This document shows, one piece after another, positions 46,875 through 56,097 of a stretch of DNA of 64,000 bases. Every line of letters begins with the position of its first letter. Within the stretch, counting starts at the first letter, position 1. Made by a program: the position numbers and the translations under genes. The notes beneath the pieces were generated by a model. The model saw only the letters and a program-made list of their open reading frames with translations. It was not told the origin of the DNA and searched no databases. The stretch spans positions 41,000 through 104,999 of the forward strand of contig QFQY01000014.1 of the NCBI GenBank assembly GCA_003248805.1, read 5' to 3'. The DNA is from Chelatococcus sp. (GTDB taxonomy: Bacteria; Pseudomonadota; Alphaproteobacteria; Rhizobiales; Beijerinckiaceae).

Positions 46875-47786
46875 TCACTGCGCCGCCCCGGACTCCGCCG
46901 ACATGGCGGCCACGGCCGTCCGGACGCGGTCGACGAAATCGCTGACCAGGGGCGACCGGAACCGGCCGGCCGGCCAGACCGTGCCGATATCGTAGAGCAC
47001 GGCCGGCCGGAATGGTCGGACGACGATGCCCCGGCCGCCATACTCGGCGGCCGTATAGGGATCGACGAGCCCGATCCCGGCGCCGGACGCGACGAGCGAG
47101 CAGACGATCATCGACAGCGGCGTCTCGACCCGTATCTGCCGCGTGACGCGCGCCGCCGAGAACAGCGCGTCGGTCCGGTAGCGCCACAGGGTCGATCCTG
47201 CGAGCGAGACGAAAGGCTCGTCGACGAAATCCCGCGGCTCCAGGAACGCCTTCCCGGCCAGCCGGTGGCCCTCCGGCAGAACCGCGACGGCGGACACTGA
47301 GGGCAGGGCCTCGACCTCGATATTGGGGAAGTCGAGCGGATACTGGGCGAAGCCGATGTCGCAGAAGCCCGTGGAGACCCAGTCGACGACCTGCGAGGAG
47401 ATGCTGCCGTAGATCGCCACGTCGAGACCCGGTCTCTCCTTGAGATAGGCGGCGATGACGCGCGAGAGGAAGCCGACGTTGAAGGTCGGCAGGGCCGCGA
47501 TGCGCAGGCTCCCGGACAGCCCTTCCCGGAGATTGCGCGCCGTGTTCTGGATCTGCTCGAGCCCGACGAACTGCCGCTCGACCTCGCGATATAACGAGAG
47601 TGCCTCATTGGTCGGGACGAGTCTCGTGCCGCGCCGTTCGAAGAGCGTCAGCCCGAGCGTATATTGCAGGTCGTGGATCAGCCGCGTCACCGCCGGCTGG
47701 CTTATATTCAGCGCGCGAGCCGCCGAAGTGACCCCTCCCGTCACGATCACGGTCCGGAAGGCCTCGATCTGGCGTGGGTTCAGCAT
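46875..47786 (-). CDS. LysR-family transcriptional regulator
   Basis: Starts MLNPRQIEAFRTVIVTGGVTSAARALNISQPAVTRLIHDLQ (ATG complement of 47784-47786). It is divergent from the ABC/oxidoreductase operon. Confidence 0.85.
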   Translation of the reverse strand: MLNPRQIEAFRTVIVTGGVTSAARALNISQPAVTRLIHDLQYTLGLTLFERRGTRLVPTNEALSLYREVERQFVGLEQIQNTARNLREGLSGSLRIAALPTFNVGFLSRVIAAYLKERPGLDVAIYGSISSQVVDWVSTGFCDIGFAQYPLDFPNIEVEALPSVSAVAVLPEGHRLAGKAFLEPRDFVDEPFVSLAGSTLWRYRTDALFSAARVTRQIRVETPLSMIVCSLVASGAGIGLVDPYTAAEYGGRGIVVRPFRPAVLYDIGTVWPAGRFRSPLVSDFVDRVRTAVAAMSAESGAAQ

Positions 47787-47907
47787 CGTTCGAACATCCC
47801 TCGCGGCAGCCCATAACATTTGGATATGGAACGAGCGAATCATTCGATTTGACTAAATCCAGCCTGACGGGAAACCTCGCCCGATCATCCGAAAAGGAGG
47901 GGATCTC

Positions 47908-48945
47908 ATGAAATCGACCGTGTTTGGATTCTTGCTCGCCACGACCGCGCTGGTCGGCGCCGGTTCCGCCTTCGCGCAGCAGAAGACGCTCTATGTCGCG
48001 GGCTATGGCGGCTCCTACGAGCAGACCATGCGCAAGGATGTCATCCCGGCCTTCGAGAAGCAGGCCAACGTCAAGATCGAATATGTCGCCGGCAATTCGA
48101 CCGACACCCTGGCCAAACTCCAGGCGCAGAAGGGCAACCAGCAGATCGACGTCGCCATCGTCGACGACGGCCCGGCCTATCAGGCGGTGGCGCTCGGCTT
48201 CTGCGGCACGCTGACCGACGGCCCGGTCTACAAGGACGTGGCGCCGGTGATGAAGTTCAAGTCCAACAAGGGCGTCGGCCTCGGCCTCGTCGGCACCGGC
48301 CTGTTCTACAACAAGAAGGTCTTCGAGGAGAACAAGTGGCCGGCGCCGACCTCCTGGACCGACCTCAAGTCCAAGACCTACGGCAAGAAGATCGTCTCCC
48401 CGCCGATCAACAACACCTATGGCCTGCATGCCCTGATCGCCTTCGCGCAGATCGGCGGCGGCGGCGAGACCAATATCGAGCCGGGTTTCGAGGCCTTCAA
48501 GAAGGACATCAACCCCAACATCGTCGCGTATGAGCCCTCGCCGGCGAAGATGACCGAGCTCTTCCAGAACGGCCAGGCCGTGCTCGGCGTCTGGGGTTCC
48601 GGCCGCGTCAAGGCCTTCGCCGATACCGGCTTCCCGGTCGAGTTCGTCTACCCGAAGGAAGGCGGCTTCGCGCTCGGCGTGGCGGCCTGCCCGATCGAGG
48701 GCTCGAAGAACGCGGCCGAGGCGAACGCCTTCATCCAGTTCATGCTCTCGCCCGCGATCCAGAAGGTGATGGCAACCGGCGCCGGCTTCGGCCCCGCCAA
48801 CGTGACCGTGACCCTGACCCCCGACGAGCAGAAGGGCCTGCCCTATGGCGAGGACGTGAAGAAGCTCAAGGCGGTCGACTGGGACATCGTCAACGCCAAG
48901 CGCGAGGAATGGACCAGGCGCTGGAATCGCGAGGTCGAGCGCTGA
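47908..48945 (+). CDS. ABC transporter substrate-binding protein, family 1 (PotD/PotF-like)
   Basis: 345 aa with signal peptide MKSTVFGFLLATTALVGAGSAFAQ. It is preceded by AAGGAGG. Confidence 0.8.
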   Translation: MKSTVFGFLLATTALVGAGSAFAQQKTLYVAGYGGSYEQTMRKDVIPAFEKQANVKIEYVAGNSTDTLAKLQAQKGNQQIDVAIVDDGPAYQAVALGFCGTLTDGPVYKDVAPVMKFKSNKGVGLGLVGTGLFYNKKVFEENKWPAPTSWTDLKSKTYGKKIVSPPINNTYGLHALIAFAQIGGGGETNIEPGFEAFKKDINPNIVAYEPSPAKMTELFQNGQAVLGVWGSGRVKAFADTGFPVEFVYPKEGGFALGVAACPIEGSKNAAEANAFIQFMLSPAIQKVMATGAGFGPANVTVTLTPDEQKGLPYGEDVKKLKAVDWDIVNAKREEWTRRWNREVER

Positions 48946-48958
48946 GGTCCAATCCGTC

Positions 48959-49045
48959 ATTCTCGGGTGCCGCTCGCGGCGACCCGAGAATCTCGTGACG
49001 AGGACGCCCCCCACTGCACGGGATGGTCGGGTCAAGCCCGACCAT
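48959..49045. repeat. REP-like intergenic element with two hairpins
   Basis: ATTCTCGGGT-N13-ACCCGAGAAT at 48959-48991 and ATGGTCGGG-tcaag-CCCGACCAT at 49023-49045. It lies between the SBP and ATPase genes. Confidence 0.6.
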
Positions 49046-49080
49046 GACGCCCGCGTTCAAGCAAGAGCGACCCGAACCCC

Positions 49081-50121
49081 ATGTCACATCTCGTTCTCGA
49101 AGGGCTCGGCAAGTCCTATGGCGCGGCGGTCGCCGTCGAAGCGCTCGACCTCGCGGTGGAGCGCGGCGAGTTCGTCTCGCTGCTCGGCCCCTCCGGCTGC
49201 GGCAAGACGACGACGCTCCAGATGATCGCCGGTTTCGCGCAGGTCGATCGCGGCCGAATCCTGCTCGATGGCTCAGACCTCGTCGCGGTGCCGCCGTCCA
49301 GGCGCGGACTCGGCATCGTGTTCCAGAGCTACGCGCTCTTTCCGCACATGACGGTCGCCGAGAACATCGCCTTCGGGCTCGAGATGCGCGGCATCGGCAA
49401 GGCCGAGCGCGAGGCGCGCACGCTCGAGGCGATGGCGCTGGTCGGCCTGAAGGGGTTCGCGGAGCGCTATCCGCGCCGGATGTCGGGCGGCCAGCAGCAG
49501 CGCGTCGCCCTGGCGCGGGCGCTCGTCATCAAGCCGGCGCTGCTCCTGCTCGACGAGCCGCTCTCCAATCTCGACGCCAAGCTGCGCGAAGAGATGCAGG
49601 GCGAGCTGCGCCAGATCCAGCGCTCGGTCGGCACCACGACGATCCTCGTCACCCACGACCAGCACGAGGCGATGGCGCTGTCGGACCGCATCGTGGTGAT
49701 GAACCAGGGGCGCGCCGAGCAGGTCGGCACGCCGGACGGCGTCTATGGCCGTCCCGCCAGCCGCTTCGTCGCCAATTTCCTCGGCAAGACCAACCTGCTG
49801 AAGGCGAGCGGAAACGGGCAGGGGCAGGCGGCGGTCGACGGCTTCACGCTGGCCATGGCCGAAGCCCCGGCCGGCGCATTCACGCTCGCGGTCCGGCCCG
49901 AGCGGCTGACGATCGCCCCGGCCGGCGCCCCGGGCTTTCCGGCGCGCGTGACGAGCCGCGTCTTCCAGGGCGCGCACTGGCTGCTCGGCGCCGAGAGCGC
50001 CGCGGGCCCGCTCATCCTGATCCGCCCCAATGACGGCGCCCCGGTTCCGGCCGAAGGCGAGTCGGTGAGGCTTTCCTTCGCGCCGGCGGATGCCGCGCTC
50101 CTCGCCGGTGGAGCGCCCTGA
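49081..50121 (+). CDS. ABC transporter ATP-binding protein (PotA/UgpC-like with C-terminal TOBE-type domain)
   Basis: [35 protein letters not shown]. Confidence 0.9.
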   Translation: MSHLVLEGLGKSYGAAVAVEALDLAVERGEFVSLLGPSGCGKTTTLQMIAGFAQVDRGRILLDGSDLVAVPPSRRGLGIVFQSYALFPHMTVAENIAFGLEMRGIGKAEREARTLEAMALVGLKGFAERYPRRMSGGQQQRVALARALVIKPALLLLDEPLSNLDAKLREEMQGELRQIQRSVGTTTILVTHDQHEAMALSDRIVVMNQGRAEQVGTPDGVYGRPASRFVANFLGKTNLLKASGNGQGQAAVDGFTLAMAEAPAGAFTLAVRPERLTIAPAGAPGFPARVTSRVFQGAHWLLGAESAAGPLILIRPNDGAPVPAEGESVRLSFAPADAALLAGGAP

Positions 50122-50987
50122 TGAGCTTCGCCGCCAGCGAGCGCAGCGCGCCCTATTGGCTCTCCGGGCCGGCGCTGCTCGTCTTCCTCGGCCTCGTCAT
50201 CGTGCCGCTGGCGATGACCGTGCTGCTCTCCTTCTACGACTGGGGGCAGTACAAGGGCATCGTTCCGGAGTTCACCCTGAAGAACTGGATCGAGATCGCG
50301 ACCGATTCCTATTTCTTCGAGATCTTCGTGCGGACGTTTCGCATCGCCGTCCTGGTGACGCTGGCGTCGGTCGTGGTCGGCGTGCCGGAAGCCTATATCC
50401 TCAACCGGATGTCGCCCGGCTGGCGCAGCGCCTGCCTGCTCGTCGTCATCGGGCCGCTGCTGGTCTCCGTCGTGGCGCGCACGCTCGGCTGGGCGTTGCT
50501 GCTCGGCTCGACCGGCCTCGTCAACCAGGGTCTGATGGCGCTGGGGCTGATCGGCACGCCGCTCGAATTCATGTTCACCGAGACGGGCGTGATCATCGCG
50601 CTGACCCATGTGCTGATCCCCTTCATGATCCTGGCGGTCTGGGCCTCGCTGCAGCGCCTCGACCCGCAGGTCGAGAACGCGGCCGAATCGCTCGGGGCGG
50701 GCTGGCTCACCATCTGGCGGCGCGTGATCCTGCCGCAGATCGTGCCCGGCATCCTGTCCGGCGCCATCATCGTCTTCGCGCTGGCTGCGAGCGCCTTCGC
50801 CTCGCCCGCAATCATCGGCGGACGCCGGCTCAAGGTCGCGGCGACGCTCGCCTATGACGAGTTCCTCAACACGCTGAACTGGCCGCTCGGCGCGGCGGTG
50901 GCCGTGCTGCTGCTGGTCGCCCTCGTCGCCATCATCGTCGGCTCGAACCGGCTGGTGGAGCGCCGCTACGCGCAGGTGTTCGAATGA
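50121..50987 (+). CDS. ABC transporter permease (PotB-like)
   Basis: 288 aa multi-pass membrane protein. …AAESLGAGWLTIWRRVILPQIVPGILSGAIIVF… (EAA loop). Confidence 0.85.
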   Translation: MSFAASERSAPYWLSGPALLVFLGLVIVPLAMTVLLSFYDWGQYKGIVPEFTLKNWIEIATDSYFFEIFVRTFRIAVLVTLASVVVGVPEAYILNRMSPGWRSACLLVVIGPLLVSVVARTLGWALLLGSTGLVNQGLMALGLIGTPLEFMFTETGVIIALTHVLIPFMILAVWASLQRLDPQVENAAESLGAGWLTIWRRVILPQIVPGILSGAIIVFALAASAFASPAIIGGRRLKVAATLAYDEFLNTLNWPLGAAVAVLLLVALVAIIVGSNRLVERRYAQVFE

Positions 50988-51029
50988 TGCCTGCCCGCGC
51001 CATTTCTTCGGCTTGCGCCGCGACGTCAG

Positions 51030-51140
51030 CCCTCATCCTGAGGAGCGCCGCAGGCGCGTCTCGAAGGATGCTTCAGGAGGCGCTGGAGACAGCTGGAGCA
51101 TCCTTCGAGACGCCGCTTACGCGGCTCCTCAGGATGAGGG
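51030..51140. repeat. Long imperfect palindromic (REP/RIME-like) element inserted between two permease genes
   Basis: The left arm CCCTCATCCTGAGGAGCGCCGCAGGCGCGTCTCGAAGGATGC (51030-51071) pairs with the right arm GCATCCTTCGAGACGCCGCTTACGCGGCTCCTCAGGATGAGGG (51098-51140). Confidence 0.75.
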
Positions 51141-51162
51141 CTGGAGAGGCAGGAGGTCGCGC

Positions 51163-51963
51163 ATGAGACGAAACGGCCCCCTCGCGCTCGCCTTCCACCT
51201 GGCTTTCGTCGTCTTCATGCTGGCGCCGCTCGCCATCGTCTGCGTCGTCGCCTTCACGCCGGAGGGCTATCTCTCCCTGCCGACGCGCGGGCCGAGCCTG
51301 CGCTGGTTCAAGGCGATCTTCGACTATCCGGAGTTCCTGCGCGCCTTCTACGCTTCGCTCTGGCTCGCCGCCCTGTCCTCGACGATCGCCATCGCGCTCG
51401 CCGTGCCGGCCGCGCTCGCCATCGCGCGTTATCGTTTCCCGGGGCGCGAGGCGATCACGGCACTGTTCATGTCACCGCTGATGGTGCCGCATATCGTGCT
51501 CGGTATCGCGTTCCTGCGCTTCTTCACGCAGATCGGATTGTCCGGCACCTTCACCGGCCTGGTCCTGAGCCATGTCATCGTCATCCTGCCCTTCGCGCTC
51601 AGGCTCGTGCTCGCCGCCTCCTACGGCATCGACAGGCGCATCGAGCATGCCGCGATCTCGCTCGGCGCCGGAACGATGACCGTGTTCCGCCGGGTCACGC
51701 TGCCGCTGATCCTGCCGGGCGTCGTCTCGGGCTGGCTGCTGGCGGCGATCAACTCCTTCGACGAGGTGACGATGACGGTCTTCATCGCCTCGCCGGCCAC
51801 CACCACGCTGCCCGTCCGGATGTTCCTCTACATCCAGGACAACATCGATCCCCTGATCGCGGCGGTCTCCGCCTGCCTGATCGCGCTGACCGCAGTGTTG
51901 CTGCTGGCGCTCGACAGGCTCTACGGCCTCGACCGTCTGTTCGTCGGAACCGGAAAAGGTTGA
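51163..51963 (+). CDS. ABC transporter permease (PotC-like)
   Basis: ATG 51163 is preceded by AGGAGG. MRRNGPLALAFHLAFVVFMLAP…AAISLGAGTMTVFRRVTLPLILPG. Confidence 0.85.
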   Translation: MRRNGPLALAFHLAFVVFMLAPLAIVCVVAFTPEGYLSLPTRGPSLRWFKAIFDYPEFLRAFYASLWLAALSSTIAIALAVPAALAIARYRFPGREAITALFMSPLMVPHIVLGIAFLRFFTQIGLSGTFTGLVLSHVIVILPFALRLVLAASYGIDRRIEHAAISLGAGTMTVFRRVTLPLILPGVVSGWLLAAINSFDEVTMTVFIASPATTTLPVRMFLYIQDNIDPLIAAVSACLIALTAVLLLALDRLYGLDRLFVGTGKG

Positions 51964-53099
51964 ATCCCGTGTCGTCTACGATTCCGAAGGAGCCGGATGT
52001 CGCCGTCATCGGCGGCGGCGTGGTCGGAGGCTCGATCGCGCTCGGCCTCGCCCGCAGCGGCGCGCGCGTCGCCATTCTCGACGAGGGCGATGTCGCCTTC
52101 CGGGCCTCGCGCGGCAATTTCGCGCTGGTCTGGGTTCAGTCCAAGGGCTTCGGCATGCCCGAATACGCCCTCTGGTCGCGCCGTTCGGCCGATGCCTGGC
52201 ACGGGCTGGCCGAGATCCTGCGCGACGAGACCGGCATCGACACCGCCCACAGCCAGCCCGGCGGCTTCATGCTCTGCCTCTCCGAGGCGGAGCTGGACAA
52301 GCGCGTCCAATTGATGCGCCGCCTCCATAACCAGGAATCCATGACCGGCTTCACCTACGAGGTGCTCGACCATGCGGAGACGAAGCGGCGCCTGCCCGAT
52401 ATCGGCAGGGACGTGGTGGGGTCGCTCTATTCGCCGCATGACGGCCATGTGAACTCGCTGAAGCTCTTCCGCTCCCTGCGCGAGGCCACCATCCGGCGCG
52501 GCGTCGACTACCGTCCGAACCATCCCGTCGCGACCATCGCCCCGCAGGATGGCGGGTTCCGGATTTCGGGCCCCTGGGGCGAGATGCGGGCGGGCAGGGT
52601 GGTGCTCTGCGCCGGCCTCGGCAATGCGCGGCTCGCCCCCATGGTCGGGCTCGACGCGCCGGTGAAGCCGAGCAAGGGCCAGATCATCGTCACCGAGAAG
52701 ACCGAGCCCTTCCTCGACAATCCGATGGTGACGCTGCGCCAGACCGACGAAGGCGGCGTGATGATCGGCGACAGCCAGGAGGACCGCGAGTTCGATACGG
52801 TGGCGAGCCCGGCGATCGCCTCTGTCCTGGCCGAGCGCGCGATCAAGATGTTCCCGCGGCTGGCCGGCCTCAACGTGGTGCGGACATGGTCCGCGCTGCG
52901 CGTCATGAGCCCCGACGGCTTCCCGATCTACGAGCAGTCCGTGAGCTGTCCCGGCGCCTTCGTCGTCACCTGCCATTCCGGTGTGACCCTGGCGGCCAAC
53001 CATGTCCTCACCCTTGCCCCCGCCATCCTCGCCGGCGCCCTGCCGGACGCGGTCGCAAGCTTTTCCGCACGGAGGTTCCATGTTCCGGCTCATGCGTGA
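51960..53099 (+). CDS. FAD-dependent oxidoreductase, beta-subunit-like component of heteromeric amine/opine/D-hydroxyproline dehydrogenases (OoxB/HcnC/LhpB class)
   Basis: DVAVIGGGVVGGSIALGLARSG dinucleotide fold. 379 aa. It is followed by a small 2Fe-2S gene and an OoxA/HcnB-like gene with overlapping stops and starts. The start is TTG 51960 or GTG 51969. Confidence 0.75.
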   Translation: MNPVSSTIPKEPDVAVIGGGVVGGSIALGLARSGARVAILDEGDVAFRASRGNFALVWVQSKGFGMPEYALWSRRSADAWHGLAEILRDETGIDTAHSQPGGFMLCLSEAELDKRVQLMRRLHNQESMTGFTYEVLDHAETKRRLPDIGRDVVGSLYSPHDGHVNSLKLFRSLREATIRRGVDYRPNHPVATIAPQDGGFRISGPWGEMRAGRVVLCAGLGNARLAPMVGLDAPVKPSKGQIIVTEKTEPFLDNPMVTLRQTDEGGVMIGDSQEDREFDTVASPAIASVLAERAIKMFPRLAGLNVVRTWSALRVMSPDGFPIYEQSVSCPGAFVVTCHSGVTLAANHVLTLAPAILAGALPDAVASFSARRFHVPAHA

Positions 53100-53388
53100 C
53101 GCGGCCCCGGCCGCCGCGCTGAATTTCACCTTCGACGGCAGGGCGATGGCCGGCCGCGCGGGCGATACCGTCGCCGCCGCCCTGCTCGCCAACGGCGTCA
53201 CCACCTGCCGCGAGACTCCCGTCTCGGGTGCGCCGCGCGCGCCCTATTGCCTGATGGGCGTCTGCTTCGAGTGTCTCGTCGTGATCGACGGCGTCGGCAA
53301 TCGCCAGGGCTGCCTGGTGCCGCTCGCCGACGGCATGACCATCGAGACCCAGCACGGGCGCCGGCGCCTGGGGGAGAGCACGCCGTGA
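53080..53388 (+). CDS. Small (2Fe-2S)-binding protein (HcnA / gamma-subunit-like)
   Basis: ATG 53080 is preceded by GGAGG. FTFDGRAMAGRAGDTVAAALLANGV…APYCLMGVCFECLVVIDG. Confidence 0.75.
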   Translation: MFRLMRDAAPAAALNFTFDGRAMAGRAGDTVAAALLANGVTTCRETPVSGAPRAPYCLMGVCFECLVVIDGVGNRQGCLVPLADGMTIETQHGRRRLGESTP

Positions 53389-54845
53389 CACCCGCCCGCG
53401 ACATCGACGCCCTCGCCGCCGCCTACGATCTCGTCGTGGTCGGCGCCGGCCCGGCCGGCCTCTCGGCTGCGGCACGCGCCGCCGAACTCGGCCTTTCGGT
53501 CCTGCTCGCCGACGAGAACCCGGCTCCCGGCGGCCAGATCTACCGCGCGATCACGACGACGCCCGTGCAGAACCGCGCCATCCTCGGCGAGGATTACTGG
53601 CGCGGCTCCGGTATCGTCGCCCGCTTCGAGCGCTCGAAGGCCGTCTACGCCGCGGGCTGCACGGTCTGGTCGCTCGGGCCCTCCGACACCGACCCCGCCA
53701 GCGACAGTTTCGAGATCGGGCTCTCGCTCGGCGGCAAGGCGCGCATGATCGCAGCCTCGCAGGTCATCCTGGCCACCGGCGCGCAGGAGCGGCCCTTCCC
53801 GATCCCGGGCTGGACGCTGCCCGGCGTGATGACGGCGGGCGCCGCGCAGATCGCGCTGAAGGGCGCCGGCATCGTGCCCGCCGGCCGCACCGTGATCGCC
53901 GGTTGCGGCCCGCTGCTCTACCTGCTCGCGGCCCAGCTCGCGGCTGCCGGCAGCGAGATCGTGGCCGTGCTCGACACGACGCCGCGCGCCAACTGGGCGA
54001 AGGCGCTCGCAGCCTTCCCCGATTTCCTGCGCTCCCCCTATCTCGCCAAGGGCCTGAAGCTGATGGCGGCGACACGACGCAGGTTGCGCTTCGTGTCCGG
54101 CGTCACGGGCCTCGCCGCGGGCGGCGAAGGCCGGCTCGTCTCCGTCACGGCCCAGCGCGGGGGAGCGTCCGAAACCATCGCCTGCGACACGCTGCTGCTG
54201 CACCAGGGCGTGATCCCGGGCGTGAACCTGTCCAACGCGGCAGGCTGCGCCCATGATTTCGACGAGACGCAGCATGCCTTCGTGCCGCGCCTCGATGCGT
54301 GGTTCGCAAGCTCCGTCGCGGGCATCGCCATCGCCGGAGACGGGGCGGGCATCGGTGGCGCGGAAAGCGCGGCTCTCCGCGGCGAGATCGCGGCCTTCGA
54401 CGCGGCCCGCCGTCTCGGCCGCCTGAGTCCGGCCGAGCGCGACCGCCAGGCCGCTCCCATCCGCGCCGATCTCGAACGCTGCCTGCGCGGGCGCCGCTTT
54501 CTCGACCTGCTCTACAGGCCGGCCCCGCAATTCCTCGCGCCCCGGGACGATGCCACCATCGTCTGCCGCTGCGAGGAGGTCACGGCCGGGCAGATCCGCG
54601 ACGCCGCGACCCGTCTCGGAGTCACCGGCCCCAACCAGATGAAGGCCTTCCTGCGCTGCGGCATGGGTCCGTGCCAGGGCCGGCTCTGTGGCCCGACCGT
54701 GGTCGAGCTGATCGCGCAGGCGCGCGGCACCACGCCCGCCGAGGTCGGCTATTACCGGCTGCGTCCGCCGGTGAAGCCGGTCACGCTGGCCGAGCTCGCG
54801 GGCCTGCCCCAGACGGAGGCCGCCGTGAAGGCGGTCGTGCGGTGA
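53385..54845 (+). CDS. NAD(P)/FAD-dependent oxidoreductase, alpha-subunit-like (OoxA/HcnB/LhpF class)
   Basis: GTG 53385 overlaps the preceding stop (GTGA). DLVVVGAGPAGLSAAARAAELG…, and a C-terminal Cys cluster …IVCRCEEVTAGQI…LRCGMGPCQGRLCG. Confidence 0.75.
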   Translation: MTPARDIDALAAAYDLVVVGAGPAGLSAAARAAELGLSVLLADENPAPGGQIYRAITTTPVQNRAILGEDYWRGSGIVARFERSKAVYAAGCTVWSLGPSDTDPASDSFEIGLSLGGKARMIAASQVILATGAQERPFPIPGWTLPGVMTAGAAQIALKGAGIVPAGRTVIAGCGPLLYLLAAQLAAAGSEIVAVLDTTPRANWAKALAAFPDFLRSPYLAKGLKLMAATRRRLRFVSGVTGLAAGGEGRLVSVTAQRGGASETIACDTLLLHQGVIPGVNLSNAAGCAHDFDETQHAFVPRLDAWFASSVAGIAIAGDGAGIGGAESAALRGEIAAFDAARRLGRLSPAERDRQAAPIRADLERCLRGRRFLDLLYRPAPQFLAPRDDATIVCRCEEVTAGQIRDAATRLGVTGPNQMKAFLRCGMGPCQGRLCGPTVVELIAQARGTTPAEVGYYRLRPPVKPVTLAELAGLPQTEAAVKAVVR

Positions 54846-55972
54846 ACGCCGGGCGCCCCAGCGCCGACGTCATCGTTATCGGCGGCGGCATCCATGGCTG
54901 CTCGACCGCGTTGCATTGCGCATTGCGCGGGCTCTCGGTCATCCTGATCGAGAAGGACCATGCCGGCCGTCACGCTTCCGGCGTCAATGCCGGCGGCGTG
55001 CGCCAGCTCGCGCGGCACGTCGCCGAAATTCCGCTCTCCAACGCCTCGATGGCGATCTGGCATCGGATCGCGGAGCTCGTCGACGACGATTGCGGGTTCA
55101 GCTCCGACGGGCAGGTGCTGGTCGCGGAGAACGAGGCCGACCTCGCCCAGTGCCGGGCTCGCGTCGACGACCTCAACCTGCGCGGCTTCCACCACGAAGA
55201 GATGATCGACGCGAAGGAGCTGCGCGAGATCGTCCCGGCCGTCTCGGAGGAGTGCCCCGGCGGCGTGATCTCGCGGCGCGACGGCGCCGCCATTCCGCTC
55301 CGCACCACGCAGGCCTTCAAGCTCAAGGCCGCCGCCCTCGGCGTCGATATCCGCGAAGGGGTGCGCGTCGATACGGTCGAGCGGGACGGTGCGAACTGGC
55401 GCGTCGTTACGGATTCCGGTGCGTTTCTCGCCCCGCGCGTCGTCAATGCGGCCGGCGCCTGGGGGAACCGCATCGCGACCGCGCTCGGTGAGCCGGTGCC
55501 GCTCGAGCCCGTCGCGCCGATGCTCTCGATCACCGCCCCGCTGCCGGCCTTCATCAGGCCGGTGGTGATCCTGCGCGGGCGCAAGCTCTCCTTCAAGCAG
55601 TTCGACAACGGCACGGTGCTGATCGGCGGCGGCTATCTCGGCCGCGCGATTCCGGACGAGAACCGCACGATCCTCGACTGGCCCAAGCTCGCGGCCAATC
55701 TGAAGACGGTCTGGGAGCTGTTCCCCATCATGCGCGGCGCCTCGATCGTCCGCGCCTGGGCCGGCATCGAGGGCCGTGTCGCGGACGATCTGCCCATCTT
55801 CGGCAAGAGCGCGAGGCATGAGGGCCTCTATCACCAGTTCGGCTTTTCGCTGCACGGCTTCCAGCTCGGCCCCGGCGCCGGCGCCGTGATGGCCGAGATC
55901 ATCGCGACAGGCCGCTCGAACGTGCCGATCGACGGGCTCGGCATCGAGCGTTTCGCTCGCGGAACGTCGTGA
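54842..55972 (+). CDS. FAD-dependent oxidoreductase (DadA / sarcosine-oxidase-beta-like), second copy in the operon
   Basis: GTG 54842 overlaps the preceding stop. DVIVIGGGIHGCSTALHCALRG…HQFGFSLHGFQLGPGAG. Confidence 0.75.
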   Translation: MNAGRPSADVIVIGGGIHGCSTALHCALRGLSVILIEKDHAGRHASGVNAGGVRQLARHVAEIPLSNASMAIWHRIAELVDDDCGFSSDGQVLVAENEADLAQCRARVDDLNLRGFHHEEMIDAKELREIVPAVSEECPGGVISRRDGAAIPLRTTQAFKLKAAALGVDIREGVRVDTVERDGANWRVVTDSGAFLAPRVVNAAGAWGNRIATALGEPVPLEPVAPMLSITAPLPAFIRPVVILRGRKLSFKQFDNGTVLIGGGYLGRAIPDENRTILDWPKLAANLKTVWELFPIMRGASIVRAWAGIEGRVADDLPIFGKSARHEGLYHQFGFSLHGFQLGPGAGAVMAEIIATGRSNVPIDGLGIERFARGTS

Positions 55973-55983
55973 TCACAGCCATT

Positions 55984-56066
55984 CCGTCATTGCGAGCGCA
56001 GCGAAGCAATCCAGGGAGCCTCGCGCTCTATGAGTCTGGATTGCTTCGCTGCGCTCGCAATGACGG
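55984..56066. repeat. Perfect 31-bp inverted repeat (REP-like element of the GTCATTGCGAGCG type)
   Basis: CCGTCATTGCGAGCGCAGCGAAGCAATCCAG (55984-56014) and CTGGATTGCTTCGCTGCGCTCGCAATGACGG (56036-56066), with a 21-nt loop. Confidence 0.85.
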
Positions 56067-56097
56067 CGAGACACCCCTTCACCACAGGAGAACCACG

